A stretch of DNA of 64,000 nucleotides, from contig JACKDP010000001.1 in the NCBI GenBank assembly GCA_020633435.1, positions 517,359-581,358 of the forward strand. The letters are read 5' to 3'. Each line of letters starts with the position of its first letter. Position 1 is the first letter of the stretch. The notes beneath the pieces are model-generated. The model worked only from the letters and a program-made list of their open reading frames with translations. It was not told the origin of the DNA and ran no database searches. The position numbers were made by a program, and so were the translations under genes. The stretch is from Myxococcales bacterium (GTDB lineage: Bacteria; Myxococcota_A; Bradymonadia; UBA7976; UBA1532). Below are positions 10,335-23,465 of this stretch, piece after piece.

Positions 10335-12959
10335 GTGAGACCCGAGCGCCCCGAAGTGCTGGCCCCGGCCGGCGACCTGACCGCCATCCGCGCCGCCCTC
10401 GCGGCGGGCGCCGACGCCGTGTACTTCGGCCTCGCCGATGGCTTCAACGCCCGCGCGCGGGCCACCGGCGTGACGCGCGCCGAGCTCCCGGCGGTCATGG
10501 CCGAGATCCACCGCGGCGGCGCCCGCGCCTACCTCACCCTCAACACGCTGCTCTTCGAGACGGAGCTGCAGCCGATGGAGGACCTGCTGCGCGACGTGGC
10601 CGCCGCCGGCGTGGACGCCCTGATCGTGCAGGATCCCGCCGTCGCCCTGCTCGCCCAGGCCATCTGCCCCGACCTGGAGCTGCACGCCAGCACCCAGATG
10701 ACCATCAGCAGCGCCGAGGGCGTCCGCTTCGCCCGCGCCCTGGGGGTGACGCGCGTCGTCCTGCCCCGCGAGCTCTCCGTCAAGGAAATCAAGCGGTTGC
10801 GCGCCGAGGCCGACGACATGGAGCTCGAGGTCTTCGTGCACGGCGCCCTCTGCGTGTCCTGGAGCGGCCAGTGCCTCACCAGCGAGGCGTGGGGCGGCCG
10901 GTCGGCCAACCGCGGCCAGTGCGCCCAGAGCTGCCGGATGCCCTACGACCTCTACGTCGACGGCGAGCACCGGCCCCTCGGCGACGTCCGCTACCTGCTC
11001 AGCCCGCGCGATCTGGCCGCCTTCCGCGCGGTGCCGGCCCTGGCCGAGCTGGGCGTGCACACCCTGAAGATCGAGGGGCGCTACAAGGGGCCCGCCTACG
11101 TCGTCGCCGCCGTGGAGGCCTACCGCCGCTGGACGGCGGCCGCCGCGCGGCCCGGTGGCCCCACCGAGGCCGACGAGGCCCGCGTCGCCGACGATCTGCG
11201 CGATCTCGGGGTCATCTACTCCCGCGGCTTCTCCGACGGCTTCCTCGGCGGGGCCGACCACCAGCACCTCGTCGAGGGCCGCTACCCCAAGCACCGCGGC
11301 GTCTGCCTCGGCGTCGTCCTGCAGGTGCTCGACGGCCGCCGGGTGCGGGTGAGCGCGGGCGCCGACCGGCCGCGCACCGGCGGCCTGGCGCTGGGCGAGG
11401 CCCGCGGCGAGGCCCCCGTCGGCAGCCGCTCGGAGCCCCTGCTGCTGCTGGGCGGCTCCCCCACCGACGGGACGGGCGCCGCCGGCACCCCCATCGAGCC
11501 CCGCCCGGGCCTGGGGGTCGTCTTCGACGCCGGCCACCCGGAGGACGCCGCCGAGCCCGGCGGCCCCATCTTCGCCGTCGACGCCGAGCCGGGGGCCTAC
11601 GTCCTCACCTTCGGCCAGCCCGGCCCCGACCTCGGCCGCGTCCGCCCCGGCGACTTCGTGTGGATCACCGGCGATCCAGCCCTGGAGCGCCGCGCCCGCA
11701 AGCTGCTGGAGGCCCCCGTGACGGGGCGGCTACCGCTGCACCTGCGCGTCTTCGGCGCCGAGGGCCAGCCCCTCGCCGTCGAGGCCCGCCTGGGCGCCCG
11801 CCGCGCGCACGCCCAGAGCGCTGGCCCCCTCACCCCCGCCCGCGATGGCGGCCTCGACGCCGCCCTGCTGGCCGACAAGCTCGGCGCCTTCGGCGGCACG
11901 GCCTACCACCTCGCCGATCTGGACGCCGCCGGCCTCGCCCCCGGGCTGCACCTGCCCGTCTCGGCGCTCAAGGCCCTGCGCCGCGCCCTCGTCGCCGCCC
12001 TCGACGCCCCGACCGCCCCCCGGATCGTCGACGCCCGCCCCGCGCGGCCCCGGCTGCCCGCCGCCGCCGCCCCGACGCGCCCCCTCTGGACGCCCGACGC
12101 CCCCCTGCTGCTCCCCGTCTGCCGCACCGACGAGCACGTCACCGCCGTCCTCGCCGCCGGCCTGCCCGTCATCGAGCTGGACTGGATGGAGCGCGCCGGC
12201 CTCGAGCGCGCCGTCGAGCGCGCCCGGGCCGCCGGCCTGCGCGTGCACATCGCCACGCCCCGCGTGCAGAAGCCGGGCGAGGAGGGCTTCGACCGCCGCA
12301 TCGCGCGCCTGGAGCCCGAGGGCGTCCTCGTCCGCCACTTCGGCGCCCTGGTCCACTTCGACGAGCACCCCGACGAGCGCCGCCCCGAGCTGCACGGCGA
12401 CTTCTCCCTGAACGTCACCAACTCGCTCACGGCCGGCCGGCTGCTGGCGCTGGGCCTCGACACCCTGACCGCCGCCCACGACCTCGACGCCGCCCAGCTC
12501 TTCGCCCTGCTGCCCGAGGTGCCCCGCGGCCGGCTGGCGGTGACGGTGCACCACCACATCCCGACGTTCCACACCGAGCACTGTGTCTACGCGCACCTGC
12601 TCAGCGACGGCCGCGACATCCGCTCGTGCGGCCAGCCCTGCCAGGACCACCTCATCGAGCTGGCCGACCACCAGGGCCTCCGCCACCCCGTCGTCGTCGA
12701 TCCGGCCTGCCGCAACACGGTCTACAACGCCCAGGCCCAGAGCGCCGCCAGCCTCGTGCCCCGGCTGCTCGACGCCGGCGTGCGGCGCTTCCGCGTGGAG
12801 TTCGTGCGCGAAGACACCGGCGAGGCGCTGCGCATCCTGGCCGGCTACCAGGCGCTCCTGCGCGGCGACCTGGCCCCCCGCGATCTGCTGGAGCGCCTGC
12901 GCGTCCAGGCGCGCTTCGGCGTCACCGCCGGCACCATGCGCACCCTGCGCCCGGCATGA
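10335..12959 (+). CDS. peptidase U32-family protein (RlhA/TrhP/UbiU-like)
   Basis: 874-aa ORF; N-terminal U32 domain with Cys cluster (HGALCVSWSGQCL...GQCAQSC). Confidence 0.8.
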   Translation: MRPERPEVLAPAGDLTAIRAALAAGADAVYFGLADGFNARARATGVTRAELPAVMAEIHRGGARAYLTLNTLLFETELQPMEDLLRDVAAAGVDALIVQDPAVALLAQAICPDLELHASTQMTISSAEGVRFARALGVTRVVLPRELSVKEIKRLRAEADDMELEVFVHGALCVSWSGQCLTSEAWGGRSANRGQCAQSCRMPYDLYVDGEHRPLGDVRYLLSPRDLAAFRAVPALAELGVHTLKIEGRYKGPAYVVAAVEAYRRWTAAAARPGGPTEADEARVADDLRDLGVIYSRGFSDGFLGGADHQHLVEGRYPKHRGVCLGVVLQVLDGRRVRVSAGADRPRTGGLALGEARGEAPVGSRSEPLLLLGGSPTDGTGAAGTPIEPRPGLGVVFDAGHPEDAAEPGGPIFAVDAEPGAYVLTFGQPGPDLGRVRPGDFVWITGDPALERRARKLLEAPVTGRLPLHLRVFGAEGQPLAVEARLGARRAHAQSAGPLTPARDGGLDAALLADKLGAFGGTAYHLADLDAAGLAPGLHLPVSALKALRRALVAALDAPTAPRIVDARPARPRLPAAAAPTRPLWTPDAPLLLPVCRTDEHVTAVLAAGLPVIELDWMERAGLERAVERARAAGLRVHIATPRVQKPGEEGFDRRIARLEPEGVLVRHFGALVHFDEHPDERRPELHGDFSLNVTNSLTAGRLLALGLDTLTAAHDLDAAQLFALLPEVPRGRLAVTVHHHIPTFHTEHCVYAHLLSDGRDIRSCGQPCQDHLIELADHQGLRHPVVVDPACRNTVYNAQAQSAASLVPRLLDAGVRRFRVEFVREDTGEALRILAGYQALLRGDLAPRDLLERLRVQARFGVTAGTMRTLRPA

Positions 12960-13213
12960 CGGATCCCGTCGCCGCCCTGCGCGCGCGCATCGACGCCGTG
13001 GATGACGCCGTGCTGGCGCTGCTCGGCGAGCGCCTGGCCATCGCCCGGGCCATCGGCCAGCACAAGCCCACCCTGGGTCGGGACGCCGAGCGCGAGGCCG
13101 CCGTCATCGCGCGCCTGCGCGCCCTGGACGCCACCCTCGCGGACGCGGTGCCGGACATCTGGGACGCGCTCTTCGCCACCAGCGACGCCTGGCAGCGCCG
13201 CGATCGGGGCTGA
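12956..13213 (+). CDS. chorismate mutase (AroQ-type, small)
   Basis: 85-aa MTDPVAALRARIDAVDDAVLALLGERLAIARAIGQHK...; ATG overlaps U32 stop (ATGA). Confidence 0.7.
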   Translation: MTDPVAALRARIDAVDDAVLALLGERLAIARAIGQHKPTLGRDAEREAAVIARLRALDATLADAVPDIWDALFATSDAWQRRDRG

Positions 13214-13227
13214 CCCCCCGGGCCGGA

Positions 13228-13392
13228 TCAGTCGCCGAGCGGCTCGAAGTCGGCCTTGGTGGCCCCGCAATCCGGGCAGGTCCACGTCTCCGGCAGCGAC
13301 TCGAACGGCGTCCCGGGCGGGATGCCCGCGTCGGGGTCGCCGATGGCGGGATCGTACACATGGCCGCAGATGACACAGATATAGGACTTCAC
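13228..13392 (-). CDS. rubredoxin
   Basis: [15 protein letters not shown]...WTCPDCG: two CxxCG knuckles; GTG start with GGAGAA RBS. Confidence 0.85.
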   Translation of the reverse strand: MKSYICVICGHVYDPAIGDPDAGIPPGTPFESLPETWTCPDCGATKADFEPLGD

Positions 13393-13652
13393 GGGGTCTT
13401 CTTCTCCGCACAGGTGTGGCGACAGTCGGCGACGATGGCCTCCCAGGCCCGCGCCTGCATCTGGGACTGCTCCAGGCAGTCTCGCACGCACGGGCTCTCC
13501 GCCGGATCCCCGGGCTGCGGCAGCGACGCGGTGACGGGCGCGGGCGGCGGCGCGGCGGGCGCCGCTTCCGTGGCGGGCGGCGCGCTCTGGCAGCCCGGCG
13601 AGGCCAGCAGGATCAGGGAAAAAGGCAGCGAAATCGGAGCGTTAGCGCGCAT
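13389..13652 (-). CDS. small Cys-containing secreted protein
   Basis: Signal-peptide-like N-terminus (LILLASPGC), four Cys; stop overlaps rubredoxin GTG (GTGA). Confidence 0.4.
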   Translation of the reverse strand: MRANAPISLPFSLILLASPGCQSAPPATEAAPAAPPPAPVTASLPQPGDPAESPCVRDCLEQSQMQARAWEAIVADCRHTCAEKKTP

Positions 13653-14627
13653 CGATCCGGAAGTCGGCCGGCACGTCGTCGAAGCCGGGTCGCTCCGTCC
13701 GCCGCTCCGGGACCGGCACCAGCGTGCCGGTCAGGCCGAGGGGCTCCGACAGGACCGACCGCAGCCACTCGCTCACGTCCCAGGTGACGAGCAGCTCGCG
13801 ATCGCCGGGCGTGACCTCGACGATGCCCGCGTAGAACTCGAAGGACCGCCGCGACCGCACGAAGAGGGCGTCGCCCTCCACCTCGGTCTCGCCGGGATCG
13901 AAGCCCACGGCGTCGGCCTTGCCGCGCGCGTCGTCGGGGCCGCCCTCGGAGGGGCTGGGCGCCGGCTCGGCGAAGGGCAGATCGGCCCCGCCCGCGCCGG
14001 GCAGCGGCAGGGCGGGCTCATCGGACGGGCTGGGCGCCGGCTCCGACGGGCTGGGCGCCGGCTCCGACGGGCTGGGCGCCGGCTCCGACGGGCTGGGCGC
14101 CGGCTCCGACGGGCTGGGCGCGGGCTCCGACGGGCTGGGCGCCGGCTCCAGCGGCAGATCGTCCGCCTTGCCGCGCTCGATGAGCTCGTCATCCTCGGGC
14201 GCTTGCAGCGCGCCGCCCACGGCGACGGAGACCCCGTCGGCGTCGGGCCGGATGCGCACGAGCACCTGGTAGGCCCCCGGGCCGGACAGCCGCAGCGCCC
14301 GCTCGGGCAGCTCCGTGCGATCCCCCTCCTCGTCGAAGACGTAGCGCACCGGCACGGCGTCGCCCGCCTGATCGAGGTCCTCCGGCAGCACGAAGATCTC
14401 GGCTTCGAAGGAGAGGCGCTCCACGTCGAGGGCGTCCGAGATCTCGCCGAGGCCCACGAGGCGCAGCCGGGGCCGCAGCTCCAGGGCGGTGGCGCTGCCC
14501 GCGCCGCCCGGTCCACCCACGGCGCCGACGCCCTCGCCACGCGGCGGCGCGTCGGCCTCTTCCCCGCAGGCTACGAGGGCCAGAGACGCGATCAGGATGG
14601 CCCCGAGGGCCTGCGTGAGGCTGCGCA

Positions 14628-14631
<4 letters not shown>
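13642..14631 (-). CDS. lipoprotein with PAPSPSE tandem repeats
   Basis: In-frame tail of ORF 13642..17130 from MMRSLTQALGAILIASLALVAC (lipobox); six PAPSPSE repeats; ATG overlaps stop of the sigma-54 activator. Confidence 0.6.
14020..14150. repeat. 21-bp tandem repeat (about 6 copies) encoding the PAPSPSE repeats
   Basis: cggctccgacgggctgggcgc repeated head-to-tail. Confidence 0.8.
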
Positions 14632-18482
<3,851 letters not shown>

Positions 18483-18590
18483 GGACTCGGTTCCAGGTCG
18501 GTGCTAGACCACAGATGCCGTCGGCGCGCCGGCGGCTGCGCAGGCCCGCGGGCCGGCGCCGTGGGTAACCTGGAACCGCCCGGGGGCGCA

Positions 18591-19409
18591 ATGATCTGGG
18601 TCGTCGTCGTCTGCGGCATCGCCGCGCTGGTCGTCGCGCCGGCCATCGCCGCCGTCGAGACGTGGCGCCTGCGCCGCGACCCCGATGACATCGGGTTCTG
18701 GGTCTTCGCCCGCCAGGTCGAGGGCCGCTGCCAGGTGCGCTGGGGCCGCGGCCAGTCCCCCATCGTGCGGCTGCCGCTGCCCGGCGCCGAGGGCCGCGCC
18801 CGCGTCGTCCCCCTGGGCCGCGGGCGCCAGGCCGTCGAGGTGCGCGCCTGGCTGGCGGCCTCCACCGGCTTCGCCGCGCGGGTGGCCTCGCCCCCCCAGG
18901 CGCCGAACCGCTGGCACGCCCCGGGCCTGGCCCCCGTCGAGCTGGAGGAGGCCCTGCCCCTCGACGCCTCCGTCGAGAGCACCGACCCCGATCGCATCGC
19001 CCGCGTCCTGGCCCGCCGGGCCGTGCGCGACGCCCTGGCCCACCTGGCCGACCGCGTCGCCGGCTTCGAGCTGCGCGTCAACGGCGGCCTCGTCGGCCTG
19101 CAGGTGCGGCCGGCCATCCCCTTGCGGCCCGGCGCGGCGATGGAGGCCCTGGGGGGCGTGGCGGTCGACGCCCTGCGCGTCCTCGCCGCCGAGGCCAGCG
19201 AGCTGGCGGGCTCCCTGCTCGACTCGGGCGAGGCGCCCCCCGAGAAGGCGTGCGCGGCCTGCGGCGTGCGCGCCGGGGACGACCCCTGGATCTGCCCCGC
19301 CTGCGCCGGCGCCATCCACCGCGGCTGCCGCGAGATGGTCGGCGGGTGCGCCCGCGCGGGCTGCCGGCTGACGGCCGACGCGGATCCGGGCCGCGGCGCC
19401 GAGGCCTGA
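18591..19409 (+). CDS. hypothetical membrane-anchored protein with C-terminal Cys cluster
   Basis: In-frame tail of ORF 14676..19409 from ATG 18591 (MIWVVVVCGIAALVVAPAIAAV); C-terminal CAACG...CPACAG...C. Confidence 0.5.
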   Translation: MIWVVVVCGIAALVVAPAIAAVETWRLRRDPDDIGFWVFARQVEGRCQVRWGRGQSPIVRLPLPGAEGRARVVPLGRGRQAVEVRAWLAASTGFAARVASPPQAPNRWHAPGLAPVELEEALPLDASVESTDPDRIARVLARRAVRDALAHLADRVAGFELRVNGGLVGLQVRPAIPLRPGAAMEALGGVAVDALRVLAAEASELAGSLLDSGEAPPEKACAACGVRAGDDPWICPACAGAIHRGCREMVGGCARAGCRLTADADPGRGAEA

Positions 19410-19413
19410 CCCG

Positions 19414-20178
19414 GTGGCCCTCGTCACCCTGCTCACCGACTTCGGCGACGCCGACGGCTTCGTGGGCGCGATGCGCGGGGTCCTCCTGAGCCACGCCCCG
19501 GGCGCCCGCCTCGTCGACGTCGCCCACCACGTCCCCCGCGGCGACGTGGCCAAGGCGGCCCGCGTCCTGGCCCGCGCGGCCCCCTGCTTCCCGGCCGGCA
19601 CCGTGCACCTGGTCGTCGTCGATCCGGGCGTCGGCTCCAGCCGCCGGCCCGTCGCCGTCGCCGCGGGCCACCACCTCTTCGTCGCCCCCGACAACGGCGT
19701 GCTCGGCCCCACCCTGGCTCGACTGGGGGGCCCGACGGCCGCCGTCGAGATCCGGGTCGACGCCGCAAGCGCCCGGATCAGCAGCACTTTTCACGGCCGC
19801 GACGTCTTCGCCCCCGCCGCGGCCGCCCTCGTCGCCGGGGCCTCGCTCGCGGCCCTCGGCGACGCCCTCGCCTCGCCGCTCGTGGCCCTGCCCGCCGCGC
19901 CGCCGGGCCGCGTCATCGAGGTGGACGCCTACGGCAACCTCATCACCGACGTGCCCGCGGACGGCCCCGTGGCGCTCCAGATCGCCGGCCACACGCTGCA
20001 CGGCCCCGCCACCTGCTACGCCGACGTCGCCCTCGGCGAGCTCGTCCTGGTGCGCGGCTCGGAGGGCACCCTCGAGGTCGCCGTGCGCGACGGCTCGGCC
20101 GCCGCCCGGCTCGGCGTGGGCGTCGGCGCGCCGGTGGCTTGCGTCGCCACCCCGGGCGAGCGAGGATTCGCGCCGTGA
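19414..20178 (+). CDS. SAM hydroxide adenosyltransferase (DUF62 family)
   Basis: LLTDFGDADGFVGAMRGV...VVVDPGVGS; GTG start. Confidence 0.65.
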   Translation: MALVTLLTDFGDADGFVGAMRGVLLSHAPGARLVDVAHHVPRGDVAKAARVLARAAPCFPAGTVHLVVVDPGVGSSRRPVAVAAGHHLFVAPDNGVLGPTLARLGGPTAAVEIRVDAASARISSTFHGRDVFAPAAAALVAGASLAALGDALASPLVALPAAPPGRVIEVDAYGNLITDVPADGPVALQIAGHTLHGPATCYADVALGELVLVRGSEGTLEVAVRDGSAAARLGVGVGAPVACVATPGERGFAP

Positions 20179-20759
20179 AGACGCTCACCCTGCTCGCCCT
20201 CGCCCTGGGCCTCGCCGCCTGCGCCGAAGACACGGGCGATGGCGCCGTGATCGGCAGCCTCTTCGTGCCCGCCTGCGAGGACGGCACCCCCCTCGACAAG
20301 ACGTGCCCCGAGACGACGGACCCGCGCCAGTGCGAGGCCTTCGACCTGGGGGCCGACTTCTTCGCCGTCGAGCCCTACGGCGATGGCGCCCTCCTGCGCA
20401 TCCAGCGGGGCGGCCGCATCCTGGCGCTGACCGACGCCCTGGTCCTCGAGATCAGCGACTACCGCCTGCTGCGCGGCCAGCTCGGCAACCGCCTGCCCGT
20501 CGGCTTCGACCGCAACATCCGCGGCGCCCTCGGCCTCTTCCACCTCTGCCCGGACTCGACGCAGAGCTACGACATCAGCGGGCAGGTCACCTTCTCGGCC
20601 TTCGGCGTGCACAAAGGCGACCGCGTGGCCGGCACCTTCGAGCTGGAGGTCCGCGACGGCCGCTCCGAGACGGGCGCCAGCCGCGTGCTCGGGGTGCTGC
20701 ACGGCGACTTCGACTTCATCGTGCGCAAAGGACCCCCCTATCAGCCCTTCGCCGACTAG
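20175..20759 (+). CDS. lipoprotein, function unknown
   Basis: Lipobox LLALALGLAAC; GTG overlaps previous stop (GTGA). Confidence 0.55.
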   Translation: MKTLTLLALALGLAACAEDTGDGAVIGSLFVPACEDGTPLDKTCPETTDPRQCEAFDLGADFFAVEPYGDGALLRIQRGGRILALTDALVLEISDYRLLRGQLGNRLPVGFDRNIRGALGLFHLCPDSTQSYDISGQVTFSAFGVHKGDRVAGTFELEVRDGRSETGASRVLGVLHGDFDFIVRKGPPYQPFAD

Positions 20760-20787
20760 CCCGCCCCTGGCCGCCGGCGCCCGCCTC

Positions 20788-22008
20788 GTGCTCGAGGTCG
20801 AGCGCCTGGCCGCCGACGGCGAGGCCATCGCCCGCGCCCCCGACGGCCGCGTGGTCTTCCTCTGGGGCGCCGCCCCGGGCGACCGCGTGGAGGTCCAGCT
20901 CGACCGCGTCCGCAAGCGCCACGCCCATGGCCACGTCGTCCGGCGCCTGGCCGACGGCCCCGATCGCGTGCCCGCCCCGTGCCCGCACGCCGAGGTCTGC
21001 GGCGGCTGCCCCTGGCAGGGCATCGACCGGGCCACCCAGCGCGCCGCCCTCGCCCGCCACGTCGGCCACCTGCTCCAGCGCGCCGTGGGCCACCCCGTCG
21101 AGGTGGACGTCGTGCCCACCGCCGCGGGCCTCGGCTGGCGCAGCACCGCGCGGCTGCACTGGCAGGATGGCCGCCTGGGCTACCACGGCCACCGGACGGC
21201 CACCGTGCTCGACGTCGACGCCTGCCCCGTCCTCGCGCCGCCGCTCGACACCCTGCTGGCGACCGTCCGGGCCACGCTCGGCCCCCACCTCCGGGGCACC
21301 GGCACCCTGCGCCTGTCGGCGGGCCCGGGCGCCGAGGCTGGCACCGTCCACCTGGCCGGCCCGCTGCCCCCGGCCCTGGCCGCCGCCGCCCGCACGCTGC
21401 CCGGCCTGCCCGGCTGCCAGGGCGTCGTCCTGGAGCTCTTCGGCAAGCGGCCGGAACGACTGGGGAAGACCGAGAACCTGATCGGCGGCGTCCCCCACCC
21501 CGCCGACGCCTTCCTGCAGGCCCACGGCCCCGGCGCCGCCGCCCTCGTCGCCGCCGTCCTCGACCGCCTGCCGACGCCCGGGCCCCTGCTCGAGCTCTAC
21601 GCCGGCTCCGGCGCCTTCACGGTGCCCCTCGCGCAGCGCGGCCACCGCGTCACCGCCGTCGAGTTCCAGGGCGCCGCCGCGCAGGCCCTGGCCGAGACGG
21701 CGCGGGCCACGGGGCTGCCCATCGACGCGCGCGCCGGCGACGCCGCCCAGCCGCCTCGCCAGGCCGACGGCCGCCCCTTCCCCATCGCCCTCCTCGATCC
21801 GCCACGGGCCGGCGCGGCCGACGCCGTCGCCGCCCTGCACGCCGCCGGCACCGAGCGCCTCATCTACGTCGCCTGCGACCCCGCTACCCTCGCGCGCGAC
21901 GTCGGCTGGCTCGCGGCCCGCGGCTGGCGGCTGCTGGAGGCGGAGATCCACGACCTCTTCCCGCACACCGGCCACGTCGAGACGCTGGCGGTCCTGGCGC
22001 GCGGCTGA
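20788..22008 (+). CDS. RNA (uracil-5)-methyltransferase, RlmD/RumA family
   Basis: TRAM-like N-terminus, Cys cluster (CPHAEVCGGCPWQ), SAM motif LELYAGSGAF. Confidence 0.7.
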   Translation: MLEVERLAADGEAIARAPDGRVVFLWGAAPGDRVEVQLDRVRKRHAHGHVVRRLADGPDRVPAPCPHAEVCGGCPWQGIDRATQRAALARHVGHLLQRAVGHPVEVDVVPTAAGLGWRSTARLHWQDGRLGYHGHRTATVLDVDACPVLAPPLDTLLATVRATLGPHLRGTGTLRLSAGPGAEAGTVHLAGPLPPALAAAARTLPGLPGCQGVVLELFGKRPERLGKTENLIGGVPHPADAFLQAHGPGAAALVAAVLDRLPTPGPLLELYAGSGAFTVPLAQRGHRVTAVEFQGAAAQALAETARATGLPIDARAGDAAQPPRQADGRPFPIALLDPPRAGAADAVAALHAAGTERLIYVACDPATLARDVGWLAARGWRLLEAEIHDLFPHTGHVETLAVLARG

Positions 22009-22088
22009 GGCGTCCCGCCCTGGTGGCCGCGTCGCCGCTGGGCTATGCTGCCGCCGGTACCCCGGCCCCGCCCGGGGGAGGAGGCAGC

Positions 22089-22619
22089 ATGGCGGAGCGC
22101 CGGTTCATCCCCGTCGTCGTGCGCGGCCTGGCCCTCGATCCCGAGAGCAACCAGCCGGTGTTGCTCCTCCAGGACGCCACCGCCCGCCTGTTGCTGCCCA
22201 TCTGGATCGGCGCCGCCGAGGCCGCCGGCATCGCCGCCCGCCTCTCCAACGAGCGCCCCGCCCGCCCACTGACGGCCGACCTCGTGCACAGCGTCCTCGG
22301 GCGCCTCGGGGCCCGCGTCGAGCGGCTGGACGTCCGCGCGGTGGAAGATGGCGTCTTCCTTGGGGATTTGCTGGTCCGTGACGCCAGCGGCCGCGTCCAC
22401 CGCATCGACTGCCGCCCCTCCGATGGCGTCGCCCTCGTCCTGCGCGACGCCGGCGTCATCCGCGTCGAGCGCGCCGTGATGGAGGAGGCCCGCCCCATGG
22501 ACCTGGCCGAGCTCGACCCCCCGCGCCACGCGATCAGCGCCGATGACGAGGCCGGCCGCGCCCGGCTGCTGGCCACGCTGGGCGACCTGGATCCGGCGGA
22601 GCTGGGCCTGGAGATGTAG
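22089..22619 (+). CDS. bifunctional-nuclease (DUF151-like) domain protein
   Basis: In-frame tail of ORF 20979..22619 from ATG 22089 with GGAGG RBS. Confidence 0.55.
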   Translation: MAERRFIPVVVRGLALDPESNQPVLLLQDATARLLLPIWIGAAEAAGIAARLSNERPARPLTADLVHSVLGRLGARVERLDVRAVEDGVFLGDLLVRDASGRVHRIDCRPSDGVALVLRDAGVIRVERAVMEEARPMDLAELDPPRHAISADDEAGRARLLATLGDLDPAELGLEM

Positions 22620-22721
22620 GCACCCCGACCCCCGATACGTAGATCTGCCCTGGCCTGCCCGTTGCGGACCGCGGCGGACCCCCCCTATCATTCGGCGGTT
22701 TTTCCTGGAGGCTCGCCAGGC

Positions 22722-23465
22722 ATGCTGCGCTGGGCATTTCGAGAGGCGCGCTGGCGCCTGGCTGCGGGGGGCGCCATCGCCCTGAGCGGCCCCCTCTGGC
22801 TGCCCGCCGAGCCCACCACTCGCATCTGGTCTCTGGCGTTCCTCGCCGTCCTGGCCCCCTGGCTCGTCCTGGGGCGCGACGCCCTCCGCGTCGAGCGCGA
22901 CATGCGCGGCCCCCTCGCCTCGGCCCGGGGCCTGGGCCGCTGGGTGGCGGCCGAGCTCGCGCCGGCCCTGGCCGTCGTCGCGCTGGGCGCCGCCGTCGGC
23001 GCCGGCTTCGAGCCCCTGGCCGCCCTGCCCCTCTTCGCGTGGGGCGCGTTCCTGGTCTGCCTGGCCGACGCCCTCGACCGCCGCAGCGCCCGCGCCGGCG
23101 CCGCCTGGGTCGGCGTCATCCTGGTGGCCGTCGTCGTCCTCACGGCCCCGCTCTGGGTGGCCGGCTGGCTCGGCGGCGCCTCGCACTGGCCGGGCACCCT
23201 GGCCGTGGGCCTGCACCCCGCCGCCGCCGCCCTCGCGGGCGGGGGCCACGCGACGCTGCAGGACCCGGTGCTCTATCGTTGGAGCCTGAGCGGCGTGGTG
23301 GAGGTCCGCCCGCTGCCCTGGTGGCCCGCCACCCTCACCTTCCTCGGCCTGGCCATGGTGATGGCGCGGGCCGCACTTCACAGCGCCCGGCGGCCGGTCG
23401 CCGCCTGGGCCGGGGGCGCCCGCGCCCGCTCGCGTGCACGCATGACCCTGGAGGCAGAGAGATGA
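22722..23465 (+). CDS. hypothetical integral membrane protein
   Basis: Several hydrophobic segments; stop overlaps next start (ATGA). Confidence 0.45.
   Translation: MLRWAFREARWRLAAGGAIALSGPLWLPAEPTTRIWSLAFLAVLAPWLVLGRDALRVERDMRGPLASARGLGRWVAAELAPALAVVALGAAVGAGFEPLAALPLFAWGAFLVCLADALDRRSARAGAAWVGVILVAVVVLTAPLWVAGWLGGASHWPGTLAVGLHPAAAALAGGGHATLQDPVLYRWSLSGVVEVRPLPWWPATLTFLGLAMVMARAALHSARRPVAAWAGGARARSRARMTLEAER

Noticed and set aside
10211-13213. 1000-aa plus-strand ORF spanning the U32 region
   Set aside because: Off-frame low-complexity translation over the U32 gene; only the last 85 codons (chorismate mutase) are real.
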